Source: a virus
Taxonomy: Duplodnaviria > Caudoviricetes
IMG/VR virus record: IMGVR_UViG_3300009182_000072
Span: 1-58,640 of that record
Length of the DNA stretch: 58,640 bases
Direction: 5' to 3' (one strand)
The notes below the pieces were generated by a model, which made no database searches, was not told the DNA's origin, and saw nothing but the letters and a program-made list of their open reading frames with translations. Numbering within the stretch: the stretch's first letter is position 1; the number at the start of each line of letters is the position of its first letter. Below are positions 15,815-24,893 of the stretch, piece by piece. A program made the translations under genes and the position numbers.

Positions 15815-16729
15815 ATGGATATTCAAACACTCCGCAAAATGCGCAATTCTGACTTTGGTGCAATCTCAAATGCATTCGAAAAAGTCGCAAATCCCCAAAC
15901 TGAAACCAAGTCATACGCTGACGATCGCTTCTGGAAACTTGAAGGCGACAAAGCAGGTAATGGCACAGCCACACTCCGCTTCCTACCACGTGTAGAAGGT
16001 GATGAGTTGCCTTGGGTACGTTTGTTTTCTCATGGCTTCCAAGGACCAACTGGTAAGTGGTACATTGAGAACTCCCTAACAACTCTTGGTGAAAACGATC
16101 CTGTCGGTGAGTTGAATACCCAACTTTGGAACTCTGGTTCTGAAGCAAACAAAGAGATTGCTCGTAAACAAAAACGTCGCCTATCTTTCATTGCCAATGT
16201 CTTGGTCGTATCTGATCCAAAGCATCCTGAGAATGAAGGTAAAGTTGTTCTGTTCAAATTCGGTAAAAAGATTTTTGATAAGATCATGGACAAGGCACGT
16301 CCAACTTATGATGATGAAAAACCTGTAAATGTTTTTGATCTTTGGGAAGGTGCAAACTTCAAACTGCGCATGCGTAAGAAAGATGGTTACACCAACTATG
16401 ATGAGTCTTCATTCCAGGATCCCGCACCTGTTTCTGAAGATGAAGACAAGTTGTTGGCTGTTGTAAATGCACAACACAAGTTGTCCGAGTTTACTGATCG
16501 CAAGAACTTTAAATCTTATGATGAACTAAAGAAGAAACTTGAAGAAGTTCTTTCTGGTGATGCGTTCTCTTCAAAGTCTGCTGCTGAGATTGCTGAAGAA
16601 GAAGATCGTCCAGTGGCTGCTGCTCCACAGATTAAATCTGCGCCAGCACCTAAGTCAAAGGAAGTCTCCCTTGAAGATGACGATGAAGATGTAATGTCTT
16701 ACTTTAAGAAAATCGCTCACGAAAATTGA
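15815..16729 (+). CDS. 32: single-stranded DNA-binding protein gp32
   Basis: DDRFWK...GNGTATLRFLP...HGFQGPTGKWYIENSLTT...FGKKIFDKI; acidic tail. Confidence 0.97.
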   Translation: MDIQTLRKMRNSDFGAISNAFEKVANPQTETKSYADDRFWKLEGDKAGNGTATLRFLPRVEGDELPWVRLFSHGFQGPTGKWYIENSLTTLGENDPVGELNTQLWNSGSEANKEIARKQKRRLSFIANVLVVSDPKHPENEGKVVLFKFGKKIFDKIMDKARPTYDDEKPVNVFDLWEGANFKLRMRKKDGYTNYDESSFQDPAPVSEDEDKLLAVVNAQHKLSEFTDRKNFKSYDELKKKLEEVLSGDAFSSKSAAEIAEEEDRPVAAAPQIKSAPAPKSKEVSLEDDDEDVMSYFKKIAHEN

Positions 16730-16746
16730 TCGATCGTTAGCCAAAG

Positions 16747-16772
16747 AAAAGCCACCCTTGCGGTGGCTTTTT
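16747..16772. terminator. bidirectional rho-independent terminator
   Basis: AAAAGCCACC-CTTGC-GGTGGCTTTTT between convergent operons. Confidence 0.9.
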
Positions 16773-16777
16773 CACAT

Positions 16778-19657
16778 TTAGTACGCACCAAGTCTGCTTG
16801 CGTAGTATTTGTTTAGTGTTCCTTCTTCATTTCTGAATGGAGACTTAGCATGAGATGATGTTTGGCTATTGTTATTAACTGTTGTTGGAGCATTAACAAC
16901 AGAAGTTCCACCACCTTTCGATGATAGATCATCTCTAGAATTTGCGACATCGCCAGTTTTAGCTTCAATGGCATTACCAGTTCCCGCTGGTGCAGGTGCA
17001 CCTTGAGCAGCTTCTAAATCTACTCCAAACAGTTTTGCACCACCAGCTATCATTGCACTTAATGCATTAGGTGGAGGTTTTTTACCACCTTCAGTTATTG
17101 GTGTTGCTTTACCTGGAGCATTAGGTTGAGTTCCAGCAGCAGTAGCATTATAATTCTGTGCACTCGGATCAACAGTTTGTCCACCGCCAGGAATAGGTGT
17201 TGCAGATTTTTCAACTATTGGTGACGCAGCGTCACCAGCTGCTGTTGCAGATTTTTCAACTATTGGTGACGCAGCATCACCAGCTGCTGTTTCAGATTTT
17301 CTCCCCAATTGTTTATTGTATTGATCCATTATTTCTGCGGGATACTTATTTCCCATAGAAGTAGACATACCAATTACTGCCATCTGTTTGGCAGATAATG
17401 GTTGTCCAGGAACTACATCTTCACCAGCAATTTTTGTAGTTACAGTAGATGTTGTTCCTGCTGCTGGTGCTGCTCCCGTTGCTGCTGGTGCTGCTCCCGT
17501 TGCTGCTGGTGCTGCTCCCGTTGCTGCTGGTTGTCCAGATACTGGATTATCATTCTCTGGTGGTACTGCTTTCGTAGTTCCCCCAGCTGCATCAGTAGAT
17601 GGAGTATCAGCTGGTGCTTCAGAATCTTTCTTAAATGGGTAGAATGGACCAATAGAAACTTTCTTACCGATAATTGGTATAGTGAATCCCATCTCTGGGA
17701 TACCGATACCTTCAAGCATACCAATTATGCTGTCACCAATCCCTGAGAAGAAATCAATAACTGGATCAAACACATGAACAATTCCACTAAACGTATCCAT
17801 TATGATCTTACCCAATTTCATAATTGAGTCAATTGGATGCATAATAAAATTCTGAATTGTTTGTGGAATAAACAAAATAGCATCAACCAAATCACTAAAC
17901 AGATCTTCGAATGAGAATGAGTCTAGGAATTTTTCTACTGCAGTGAATCCTAGTGCTCCAGCGATCCAAGAAATTGCACCTTTAATCATATCAGCGACAC
18001 CACCAACAAGAGAATTAAACAATCCTTTTATTGCTCCACCAATTGCACCTATTAAACCACCTTCTTCCCAACCCTTTAGTGCACCTTTTATAGTATCCCA
18101 TACAGCCATAACAACCATTAGTGGATATGCGATCTTTGACACTATGCCAGACACTGCACGGAATAAAGTGCCAAACATTTCTAGTTTGGAACCAATACCA
18201 GTGAAGAATTCCATAAAGGTACCAATACCATTCTTGACAAAACTTATTGCCTTTGATATTGGTCCACTGGCTTCAGCAAGTGCTGTAAACCCTGCGGTAA
18301 TTGGCTCTAAGAAACCAGTTACTGCACTTTTTATTGTAGATACTACTTTACCAAGTAATGATCCTTCACCAAATAGATTTTTAAAGAATCCTACTGCGCT
18401 TTCAAACATTGAAGCAAATTTACTAACAACTGAAGAGAATATACCTTTGATCCCCTCAATAAACCCAGTGAAAGTTTCTTGAACTACTTTTAATATTTTA
18501 CCAAACGATGGAAAAATCTCTCCAAGTGCGGTAAGTCCTTTACCAAACATCTCACCGAATAGTTTAACAGTTTTAACCCATGCGCTTACTAACCCAGCGA
18601 TAGTACCTGCTGCAACAGCTAGTCCAATTCCTAGTGGACCAAGAGAGTCTCCAAGATCATCTTTCTTTTCTGCTTTAAATTTATCTTTACCACCAGTATT
18701 TTCAGCAATACGTTTTAGAAGTTCAGTTTGATCATCTTCTCTTTTAATTGCTTCTTGTTGAAGTTCATCAGTTTGTATTTTTGGATTATCTGAATTGCCT
18801 ACTATTGCAGAAATTGGACTAGTGCCCATTGGTGCTTTATTTTTAGCACTCATTGGTGCTTTATTTTTTTCTTTTTTAGCTTCTTCTAATTGTGGGTTGT
18901 TTGTATTTGCCAGTACTGCAGAAACTGGGGTAGTTCCCATTGGTGTTTTATTTTTAGCACTCATTGGTGCTTTATTCTTTTCTTTTTTAGCTTCTTCTAC
19001 TTGTGGTTGCACTCTATAGTCAAGTTTAGATATCTCTTGAACATTAGTTCTGCGTGTATCTAAAAGTTTTTTACCATTCGCAGTTTTACCTAACTGTTCT
19101 TCAGAGATTCCAAGTTTAGTGAATTTGCTAATTTCTTTTTCATTTTTAGAAACAATCTTTTCATGGTCTTTAATAGTTTGAAGTTTATTTCTGGCTTCTT
19201 GTTCAGAGGATCCATGTAGTTTCATATCCCCTTTGATAAAAGTTTTATCAGCTTCTCTTCTATTAAGAGCAGAATCTAACATCCCACCAGTACCTTTCTT
19301 GACAATACCCATGGTGTCAAGAATATTACGAACTGAACCAAATTTAGAATCGAATTTAGATTTAAGATTATCACCAAATGACTTTGGTTGTTTATCAGCA
19401 ATTACTTTAGCGATATCTTTAGCAGATTCTCTGGTTATCTTAACCAGTTCTTTAATATTCGCATTTAATTCTTTATCTGATTTCTCTTGTTCACCAACAA
19501 CCTTTTTATCTTCATCACGAATTTCTTCTGTAAGATCATTTAATTTTTTAGATGATGTTTCAATAGCTTCTGCAGTTTTATTAGCTGCTCTCTGTGCTTC
19601 CAGAATTCTCTTAAACTCAGAATATTCTATCTTTGGTTTTGGGGTATTATCATCCAT
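16778..19657 (-). CDS. tape measure / baseplate hub protein (gp29-like)
   Basis: 959 aa; coiled-coil N-terminus, long amphipathic Gly/Ala/Phe repeats, NAPTTVNNN C-terminus; follows genes 26/51. Confidence 0.7.
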   Translation of the reverse strand: MDDNTPKPKIEYSEFKRILEAQRAANKTAEAIETSSKKLNDLTEEIRDEDKKVVGEQEKSDKELNANIKELVKITRESAKDIAKVIADKQPKSFGDNLKSKFDSKFGSVRNILDTMGIVKKGTGGMLDSALNRREADKTFIKGDMKLHGSSEQEARNKLQTIKDHEKIVSKNEKEISKFTKLGISEEQLGKTANGKKLLDTRRTNVQEISKLDYRVQPQVEEAKKEKNKAPMSAKNKTPMGTTPVSAVLANTNNPQLEEAKKEKNKAPMSAKNKAPMGTSPISAIVGNSDNPKIQTDELQQEAIKREDDQTELLKRIAENTGGKDKFKAEKKDDLGDSLGPLGIGLAVAAGTIAGLVSAWVKTVKLFGEMFGKGLTALGEIFPSFGKILKVVQETFTGFIEGIKGIFSSVVSKFASMFESAVGFFKNLFGEGSLLGKVVSTIKSAVTGFLEPITAGFTALAEASGPISKAISFVKNGIGTFMEFFTGIGSKLEMFGTLFRAVSGIVSKIAYPLMVVMAVWDTIKGALKGWEEGGLIGAIGGAIKGLFNSLVGGVADMIKGAISWIAGALGFTAVEKFLDSFSFEDLFSDLVDAILFIPQTIQNFIMHPIDSIMKLGKIIMDTFSGIVHVFDPVIDFFSGIGDSIIGMLEGIGIPEMGFTIPIIGKKVSIGPFYPFKKDSEAPADTPSTDAAGGTTKAVPPENDNPVSGQPAATGAAPAATGAAPAATGAAPAAGTTSTVTTKIAGEDVVPGQPLSAKQMAVIGMSTSMGNKYPAEIMDQYNKQLGRKSETAAGDAASPIVEKSATAAGDAASPIVEKSATPIPGGGQTVDPSAQNYNATAAGTQPNAPGKATPITEGGKKPPPNALSAMIAGGAKLFGVDLEAAQGAPAPAGTGNAIEAKTGDVANSRDDLSSKGGGTSVVNAPTTVNNNSQTSSHAKSPFRNEEGTLNKYYASRLGAY
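17198..17300. repeat. 45-bp tandem repeat (about 2.3 copies; AAGDAASPIVEKSAT)
   Basis: Units at 17198-17242 and 17243-17287 plus a partial copy. Confidence 0.9.
17460..17531. repeat. 21-bp perfect tandem repeat (3.4 copies; TGAAPAA)
   Basis: GCTGCTGGTGCTGCTCCCGTT x3 plus a partial copy. Confidence 0.95.
18806..19006. repeat. duplication with 111-bp period (EEAKKEKNKAPMSAKNK.PMGT)
   Basis: 18806-18895 versus 18917-19006. Confidence 0.9.
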
Positions 19658-19835
19658 TTTTCTTGCTTTCTAACCTTTGTTTTTCTTCTTCTAAGTGTTG
19701 AATCAGCATAGTAATATAGATTTCTCTCTCAAAAGGAATCATAGATTCCAATTCTTCCAATGAATACTTATGATATTGTATCAATGAAAAGTTTGTTTTA
19801 TAATGATTGAATAAAGAATCATGAGAGAGATTCAT
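19650..19835 (-). CDS. 51: small gp51-like baseplate hub assembly protein (possibly expressed as a -1 frameshift extension of gp26)
   Basis: YKTNFSLIQYHKYSLEELESMIPFEREIYITML signature; synteny. Confidence 0.8.
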   Translation of the reverse strand: MNLSHDSLFNHYKTNFSLIQYHKYSLEELESMIPFEREIYITMLIQHLEEEKQRLESKKNG

Positions 19836-20548
19836 TAAAAAAAACTGTCAAGTCCCTCCAAGACTTTATCATGCGCAAGAGAACACACAGGGCAAGTGTA
19901 TTTAACTGGCTGTCTTAATCTTGGCATGGTCTCAAAGAATTTTTGAATCTTATTAAACTGATTCGATGTAAGATTCTCAAGAAATTCAACAACATCTTTT
20001 TTATTCTGTTCTTTGGTATGGAATATCTCATCTCCATTATAGATAATGTCAATAGAAGATGATATGATATTGAACACACTATCAACGTCACTGGTGTTTA
20101 CGTTTTCTAATTGTTTGATAACATTGATTGTAGGATACTTCATAATGACACCAACGTCGTCAAATAATTTAATATTTTTGTCATGACCTTCTGGAATCTC
20201 TACATTGATCTGCGTTAGGTCAAAACTAATTTTTACTCTAGCCTTTTCATCATCGCAAACATCGCATGGGAACAGTAAGTCAACATTCTCACCAACAGAC
20301 TTTGCTCGTATTTGAGTAAAGAGATACTCAATATCAAACATAGCAAGTGTATCTGGATTTACTTTATCAAGCATGCAAGATTTGATAATGTTCTTTAGCG
20401 TATCAATCATTACATTTTGATCTTCACTGTGCTGTGCGATCAACAATGCTTTTTCTTCTTTAACTAAGAATGGTCTGAATTTAACATTCTCTTTAGTTGA
20501 AGGAATTGTTACGTTATACGTAGGGGTTGTGTTAAATGGTAAAGCCAT
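19835..20548 (-). CDS. 26: baseplate hub assembly protein gp26
   Basis: MALP...FRPFLVKEEK...FDIEYLF..IRAKSVGE; two CxxC; ends GLDSFF. Confidence 0.9.
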   Translation of the reverse strand: MALPFNTTPTYNVTIPSTKENVKFRPFLVKEEKALLIAQHSEDQNVMIDTLKNIIKSCMLDKVNPDTLAMFDIEYLFTQIRAKSVGENVDLLFPCDVCDDEKARVKISFDLTQINVEIPEGHDKNIKLFDDVGVIMKYPTINVIKQLENVNTSDVDSVFNIISSSIDIIYNGDEIFHTKEQNKKDVVEFLENLTSNQFNKIQKFFETMPRLRQPVKYTCPVCSLAHDKVLEGLDSFF

Positions 20549-20549
20549 A

Positions 20550-20978
20550 TTATGATTCTCCTTTGTTCATATTTTGTATCATTTTCGCTAACTCACTGGT
20601 GCTACCAACAAAGATAGCATTGTTAGTAATCTTAGATGCATCTTTATTCTTTGGTGCATCTAATTTGGCTTTTTGTTGATGTAAGTCCATGAGTTGTTGG
20701 TTTACATCAGCCAATTGTTTCATCAAATTACCCACGACTTCAAAAGCACGTGGGTGTTCAGATTGTTTGGCAACTTCTAGAGCATGCATCAATGCATTCT
20801 GGCCAGTTGTCAATAAGTCACGAAGGTTTTTACGAGTATCCTCATAATCATTTTCAATTTTTGTTTCTGCTGTTAGGATTATTTCACCAGTTTCAGAATC
20901 AATAATTTCACCTTCACTAGAAGTCTTAGTTATGACTGGTGTGTCAAAGACTTCTGATAATCTATCATCAATTTTCAT
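20550..20978 (-). CDS. 16: terminase small subunit gp16
   Basis: SEHPRAFEV...LMDLHQ...NNAIFVGSTSEL. Confidence 0.8.
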   Translation of the reverse strand: MKIDDRLSEVFDTPVITKTSSEGEIIDSETGEIILTAETKIENDYEDTRKNLRDLLTTGQNALMHALEVAKQSEHPRAFEVVGNLMKQLADVNQQLMDLHQQKAKLDAPKNKDASKITNNAIFVGSTSELAKMIQNMNKGES

Positions 20979-20979
20979 A

Positions 20980-21495
20980 TTAATCGTTTCTTGTATTTCT
21001 TGCAGGTGGATCAGATGGATCTAATCCGAATCCTCCACCGAAACCAGTTGCTGTGGGCATTGGTTTTGGGGTACTGAATACTGGCGTTGGTGCTGGTGTA
21101 CTGAATACTGGCGTTGGTGCTGGTGCACTAAAACTGGTTGGTGAACTGAATGTTGCTGCTGGCGCAGAAACGCTAGGTGCTGTAAAGTTGCTTGATGGTA
21201 AGGATATTCCACCATTATTTGCTCCATTTAGTTTTTCTTGTGTGCGACCGAATGCTGCGATACCTAGAACTGCACCCATGGCAATATGGAATAAACCAGC
21301 ACCTTGTAGTGATAGTGGACTCCACTGAGTGATTGGGGTATGAGTTGCTGTTTGTAGTAAACTCCATAAGATTGGAAATACGATCATATCCATGGTACAT
21401 ACTAACATGTACATCCAACCCATCATCGGACGCCACTTACTGTTCATCCAATCTTCTTTGTTTAGTTCGCTTTCGCTTTTAATTTCTTCTGCCAT
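20980..21495 (-). CDS. putative 3TM (GTA-type) holin with Pro/Ser/Thr-rich tail
   Basis: WRPMMGW...TM...LGIAAFGRTQEK; AAGGA SD before ATG 21495. Confidence 0.65.
   Translation of the reverse strand: MAEEIKSESELNKEDWMNSKWRPMMGWMYMLVCTMDMIVFPILWSLLQTATHTPITQWSPLSLQGAGLFHIAMGAVLGIAAFGRTQEKLNGANNGGISLPSSNFTAPSVSAPAATFSSPTSFSAPAPTPVFSTPAPTPVFSTPKPMPTATGFGGGFGLDPSDPPARNTRND
21070..21126. repeat. 27-bp tandem repeat (PAPTPVFST x2)
   Basis: GTACTGAATACTGGCGTTGGTGCTGGT duplicated. Confidence 0.85.
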
Positions 21496-21505
21496 TTTAT
21501 GTTCC

Positions 21506-22201
21506 TTATCCATGACCGATCATAATGTCACCATTTGAATCTTCAAAACTATTTACGTCAGAAGATACAACTGCATTATTAACAAAACTACCAGCTGGTA
21601 CTCCTTGTGTTCTTCTACCTGTATGTCCTCTTGCAATTTCTAATTTGTTAGATTGTTGTGTTGGAGTAGGTTCTGATCTATTTAATACTTCTGAACGCCA
21701 GTATTTATATGCAAAACTAACACTCAGCTTCATTATATCTTTCTGATCATAACCCATTTGAACTGGACTAACAGTTTTTGGGTAAACTTCATAAAGACCA
21801 ACTATGTATTTTGGTTGATTGTTTAAATCTTCAACGAAAATCTTAACTACATCAGCAGTGTAGTTATTGTAGTAATTAAAATTTCTTGTATTAACATCTT
21901 GAACACTTTGAATCCATTCATCAAAGATACCTTTGATAACCATGTTTCCATCAACATAAAAACTCAAAGTGATTGGATCATAATTCATTTCAAACGGCAT
22001 CTCTCGAATTTCACCGAATGTTCTGATTGGCGTTGTATTTACGTTCAATCCAGGTAGCTGTACTGCTTCACAAAACAGTAACATCTTTCTGTATTGATTT
22101 TGTGAATAAGTTGTTCCTGGAAGCGTTAACTGAACCGTATAACGATTCGATCTTGCTAAACCAGATTGACCTACTTGAGATACAAAATTTGATATTTTCA
22201 T
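21506..22201 (-). CDS. 54: baseplate tail-tube initiator gp54 (gp19 fold)
   Basis: ARSNRY...CEAVQLPG...ITLSFYVD...VYPKTV...LSVSFAYKYW. Confidence 0.7.
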   Translation of the reverse strand: MKISNFVSQVGQSGLARSNRYTVQLTLPGTTYSQNQYRKMLLFCEAVQLPGLNVNTTPIRTFGEIREMPFEMNYDPITLSFYVDGNMVIKGIFDEWIQSVQDVNTRNFNYYNNYTADVVKIFVEDLNNQPKYIVGLYEVYPKTVSPVQMGYDQKDIMKLSVSFAYKYWRSEVLNRSEPTPTQQSNKLEIARGHTGRRTQGVPAGSFVNNAVVSSDVNSFEDSNGDIMIGHG

Positions 22202-22800
22202 ATTCTAGCCTGAGAGTCTTTCCATACATTTTCTTTTGTAGATTTAGAAAATCTTTCTACTGGTAGTAACATTGCAGTTGCCCAGTCATTGGAATCAATT
22301 TTCTTAAAAGCTGTTTTAACATGGGGTAATAGATAGTGTTTAATACAAGGTTCTGCTAACTTAAATTTAGATACCCCTGCGATCAATGACCATGAATACT
22401 TTATTCTAGTAGTACTATCCATCTTATCATTGTTCTTGAATACCATTAAACGATCTAATAAGCGAATACGTAATTGGTAAGGAAGATAGTGCATATTTAA
22501 ACCCATGAACCCACCAGGAACTGAAGCATACGGGAATACTAGAGGAAATTTATCGTAGTACGGTAGAGTTTCTTTTAGTTTCGGATCATATCCAAACATG
22601 TAAAGATTGCCTGGAATAATACGTGCTTTTTGCTCATTAGGATGTTCACGCATTAACTGCTGTGGCGTGATTCTCTGCCTACCAAGAAGCAGTACTTGTT
22701 GAGAGTACCATCCACGAGATTTTGTTGCTGCAGTTTTGAGGTCGTATTTATTACGCTCAAAGATATCGTGTATGGTAGGATTTTTAGGTTGAGTAGCCAT
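22198..22800 (-). CDS. 2: DNA end protector gp2
   Basis: YDPKLKETLPYYDKFPLV, GLNMHYLP, CIKHYL, VWKDS. Confidence 0.92.
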   Translation of the reverse strand: MATQPKNPTIHDIFERNKYDLKTAATKSRGWYSQQVLLLGRQRITPQQLMREHPNEQKARIIPGNLYMFGYDPKLKETLPYYDKFPLVFPYASVPGGFMGLNMHYLPYQLRIRLLDRLMVFKNNDKMDSTTRIKYSWSLIAGVSKFKLAEPCIKHYLLPHVKTAFKKIDSNDWATAMLLPVERFSKSTKENVWKDSQARI

Positions 22801-22805
22801 TCAAT

Positions 22806-22812
22806 TATTTAG
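22806..22812 (-). promoter_or_regulatory. late promoter CTAAATA, 5 nt before the gene 2 ATG
   Basis: TATTTAG on the + strand. Confidence 0.65.
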
Positions 22813-22813
22813 G

Positions 22814-23251
22814 TCATTTAATACCAAGTTCATGCTCGGTTATAATCTTAAATTCCCATCCACGATCCTTTGCATACTCAGTGGCAGCTTTCCATTTAGC
22901 TTGATTCTTGATAAAGGTCATTGATTCAGTTAGATAACGCTGAGTTTGACGACCAGGATATACTGGTGGGATTGTTTGGGCAGCTGGTTTTACCTCTACA
23001 AGATAGGTTCGGAGCAAACCTTCTTTGTTCCTAATTTGAATTTGAAAGTCTACAAAATAACGATGAATCTTATCATCGGTTGGACATCTGTAGGGAACAA
23101 CAGTTTCTTCTGATTTCCATTTAACGACCGATGGGTTTTTATCACACCATGAGGCGAATTTAGTCTCCCAGGAACTACGCATAATTATACACGTAGGGTC
23201 TCCTGAGTATTTTTCTGGAAATGCAGGTACGAATCGTCTTTTATGGAACAT
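22814..23251 (-). CDS. 4: head completion nuclease gp4
   Basis: RSSWE, WKSEE, HRYFVDF, EVKP, NQAKWKAA, ITE. Confidence 0.92.
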   Translation of the reverse strand: MFHKRRFVPAFPEKYSGDPTCIIMRSSWETKFASWCDKNPSVVKWKSEETVVPYRCPTDDKIHRYFVDFQIQIRNKEGLLRTYLVEVKPAAQTIPPVYPGRQTQRYLTESMTFIKNQAKWKAATEYAKDRGWEFKIITEHELGIK

Positions 23252-23280
23252 AAATACTATAAAGAATAAATAACCACTTT

Positions 23281-23309
23281 TATTTAGACGTAAGTAGTTC
23301 GCCTAAATA
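23281..23309. promoter_or_regulatory. divergent pair of late promoters
   Basis: TATTTAG 23281-23287 (minus) and CTAAATA 23303-23309 (plus) between divergent late operons. Confidence 0.7.
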
Positions 23310-23341
23310 ATAATGTAAGCCACCCACAAAACAGAGAACTT

Positions 23342-24397
23342 ATGGCAGATACAAAGCAAAAACCTACTACGCCTCCATTTGAGACTACTCCATCACAAAA
23401 ATTTAATGCTCGAGAATTCGGGATTGGGGGACTTTCATACCCAAGTGACTTGTTTAGCAATCAACGAGTATACGGTGGAAATTATGTACTGTTTAACATC
23501 AATGTTAATAATGATTCTAGATTATTGACATCTGGTTCAGTTACACCTATGGATACTCAAGCAGATCGTAATCGTGGTACATTAGCTGGACAGAAAGTTA
23601 CAAAGGGTGAAGGCATGGCTGCCGCTACAGGTATTGGCGCAATCAGTGGAGGTGCCATAGGTGGTAATTTAAAAGGTGGTGCTGTTGGTGCAGCAATCGG
23701 TTTAGGTGCTGGAGCAATTGTAAGCGATGCTACTGGAGGTTCAGATCTATCACGCCAGCAGAAAACTATTAAAGGTGGTATTATGCTTCATGTGCCAAAC
23801 CAACTAAGCATCAATTATAGTATGGAGTGGGCTGCAGAAGATACTTTTGCTTTTCAAGCAGCAGCAATGGCAAGCAGAGAAGTAGCAAAGGCAGTAGGTA
23901 GCGGAGAAAATTCTGCCAAGTCTGTTGCAAAAAGTATCGCAACAAATCTCGCATTGTCAAAGACACCTATTAGTGGTGCTCTTTCTGCAACTTCTGGTAT
24001 GGCAGCAAACCCGATGAAGGAACAAGTTTTTAAGAATGTAAACTTTAGAAAATTTACGTTCGATTATACATTTTCTCCTCGTACTGCCGCTGAAGCGTCA
24101 ACTGTGAAACAAATTATACAGACATTTAAATTACACATGCATCCAGAGTATAAAGATGCGCATAATTTTGTGTTTATTTATCCATCTGAGTTTGACATAA
24201 CTTACTATACTGGCGGTACTGAAAATAAAAATTTACATCGTCATCCATCTTGCGTACTTGAAAGTATGAATGTAAATTATACTCCAAATGGTGCATTCAA
24301 TACTTTTGAGGGTGGTATGCCAACCCAGATTAATGTCACATTGTCGTTCTTAGAATTGGCAATCTTGACTAAAGCACAGATAGGGAATAATTACTAA
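23342..24397 (+). CDS. 48: baseplate tail-tube cap gp48
   Basis: LSYPSDL, NPMKEQVFKNVNFRKFTFDYTFSPR, YPSEF, VNYTPNG, LSFLE. Confidence 0.85.
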   Translation: MADTKQKPTTPPFETTPSQKFNAREFGIGGLSYPSDLFSNQRVYGGNYVLFNINVNNDSRLLTSGSVTPMDTQADRNRGTLAGQKVTKGEGMAAATGIGAISGGAIGGNLKGGAVGAAIGLGAGAIVSDATGGSDLSRQQKTIKGGIMLHVPNQLSINYSMEWAAEDTFAFQAAAMASREVAKAVGSGENSAKSVAKSIATNLALSKTPISGALSATSGMAANPMKEQVFKNVNFRKFTFDYTFSPRTAAEASTVKQIIQTFKLHMHPEYKDAHNFVFIYPSEFDITYYTGGTENKNLHRHPSCVLESMNVNYTPNGAFNTFEGGMPTQINVTLSFLELAILTKAQIGNNY

Positions 24398-24891
24398 TGA
24401 GTTACTTTAATACTCTCCCAGAAATATATTATAACTTCGTTCTAAATGGAACTGAGAAACTTTTTGTTGTTCGAGACATTACTGCAAATGTAAGACCACT
24501 AAAAAACACTCTAGATAATATAACAGTATACGATCTGTATGATATTGTTGATGGTGAAACACCAGAAATTATATCACATAAATTTTATGGATCTCCAAAG
24601 TATCATTGGGCAATAATGATTGCTAATCAGCGTTATGATTATCTAAATGAATGGCCATTACCCTATGATAGATTAGTTCAATATTGTGTTGATAAATACG
24701 GTGACATTTATGACACACATCATTACGAGAACGAGAATGGGTTTGTTGTAAATAGTGATTATCCTGCAGCAACTCCGATAGACAATATTACGTATGAGGA
24801 CAGAATTAATGAATCAAAGAGAACTATCAAATTAGTTTCTCTTCAAATTATACAACAAATGACTTCAGAATTTGAGAGATTAATGGCATAA
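24397..24891 (+). CDS. 53: baseplate wedge gp53 (LysM-like)
   Basis: YFNTLP, DGETPEIISHKFYG..YHWAIMIAN, EWP, NESKRTIK. Confidence 0.9.
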   Translation: MSYFNTLPEIYYNFVLNGTEKLFVVRDITANVRPLKNTLDNITVYDLYDIVDGETPEIISHKFYGSPKYHWAIMIANQRYDYLNEWPLPYDRLVQYCVDKYGDIYDTHHYENENGFVVNSDYPAATPIDNITYEDRINESKRTIKLVSLQIIQQMTSEFERLMA

Positions 24892-24893
24892 TT

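Noticed and set aside
17198-19006. Tandem repeats as a CRISPR array
   Set aside because: No unique spacers; unit lengths are multiples of 3 within a CDS.
17388-19673. Plus-strand ORFs opposite the tape measure gene, and similar antisense ORFs elsewhere such as 3618-4220, 15684-16148, 27640-28152 and 45667-46155
   Set aside because: They lie opposite well-supported genes and show no recognisable motifs; they are consistent with codon-bias shadows.
22814-23251. TnsA-like transposase or Tn7 element
   Set aside because: Motifs and position next to gene 2 identify it as head completion protein gp4; no other transposon genes or ends.
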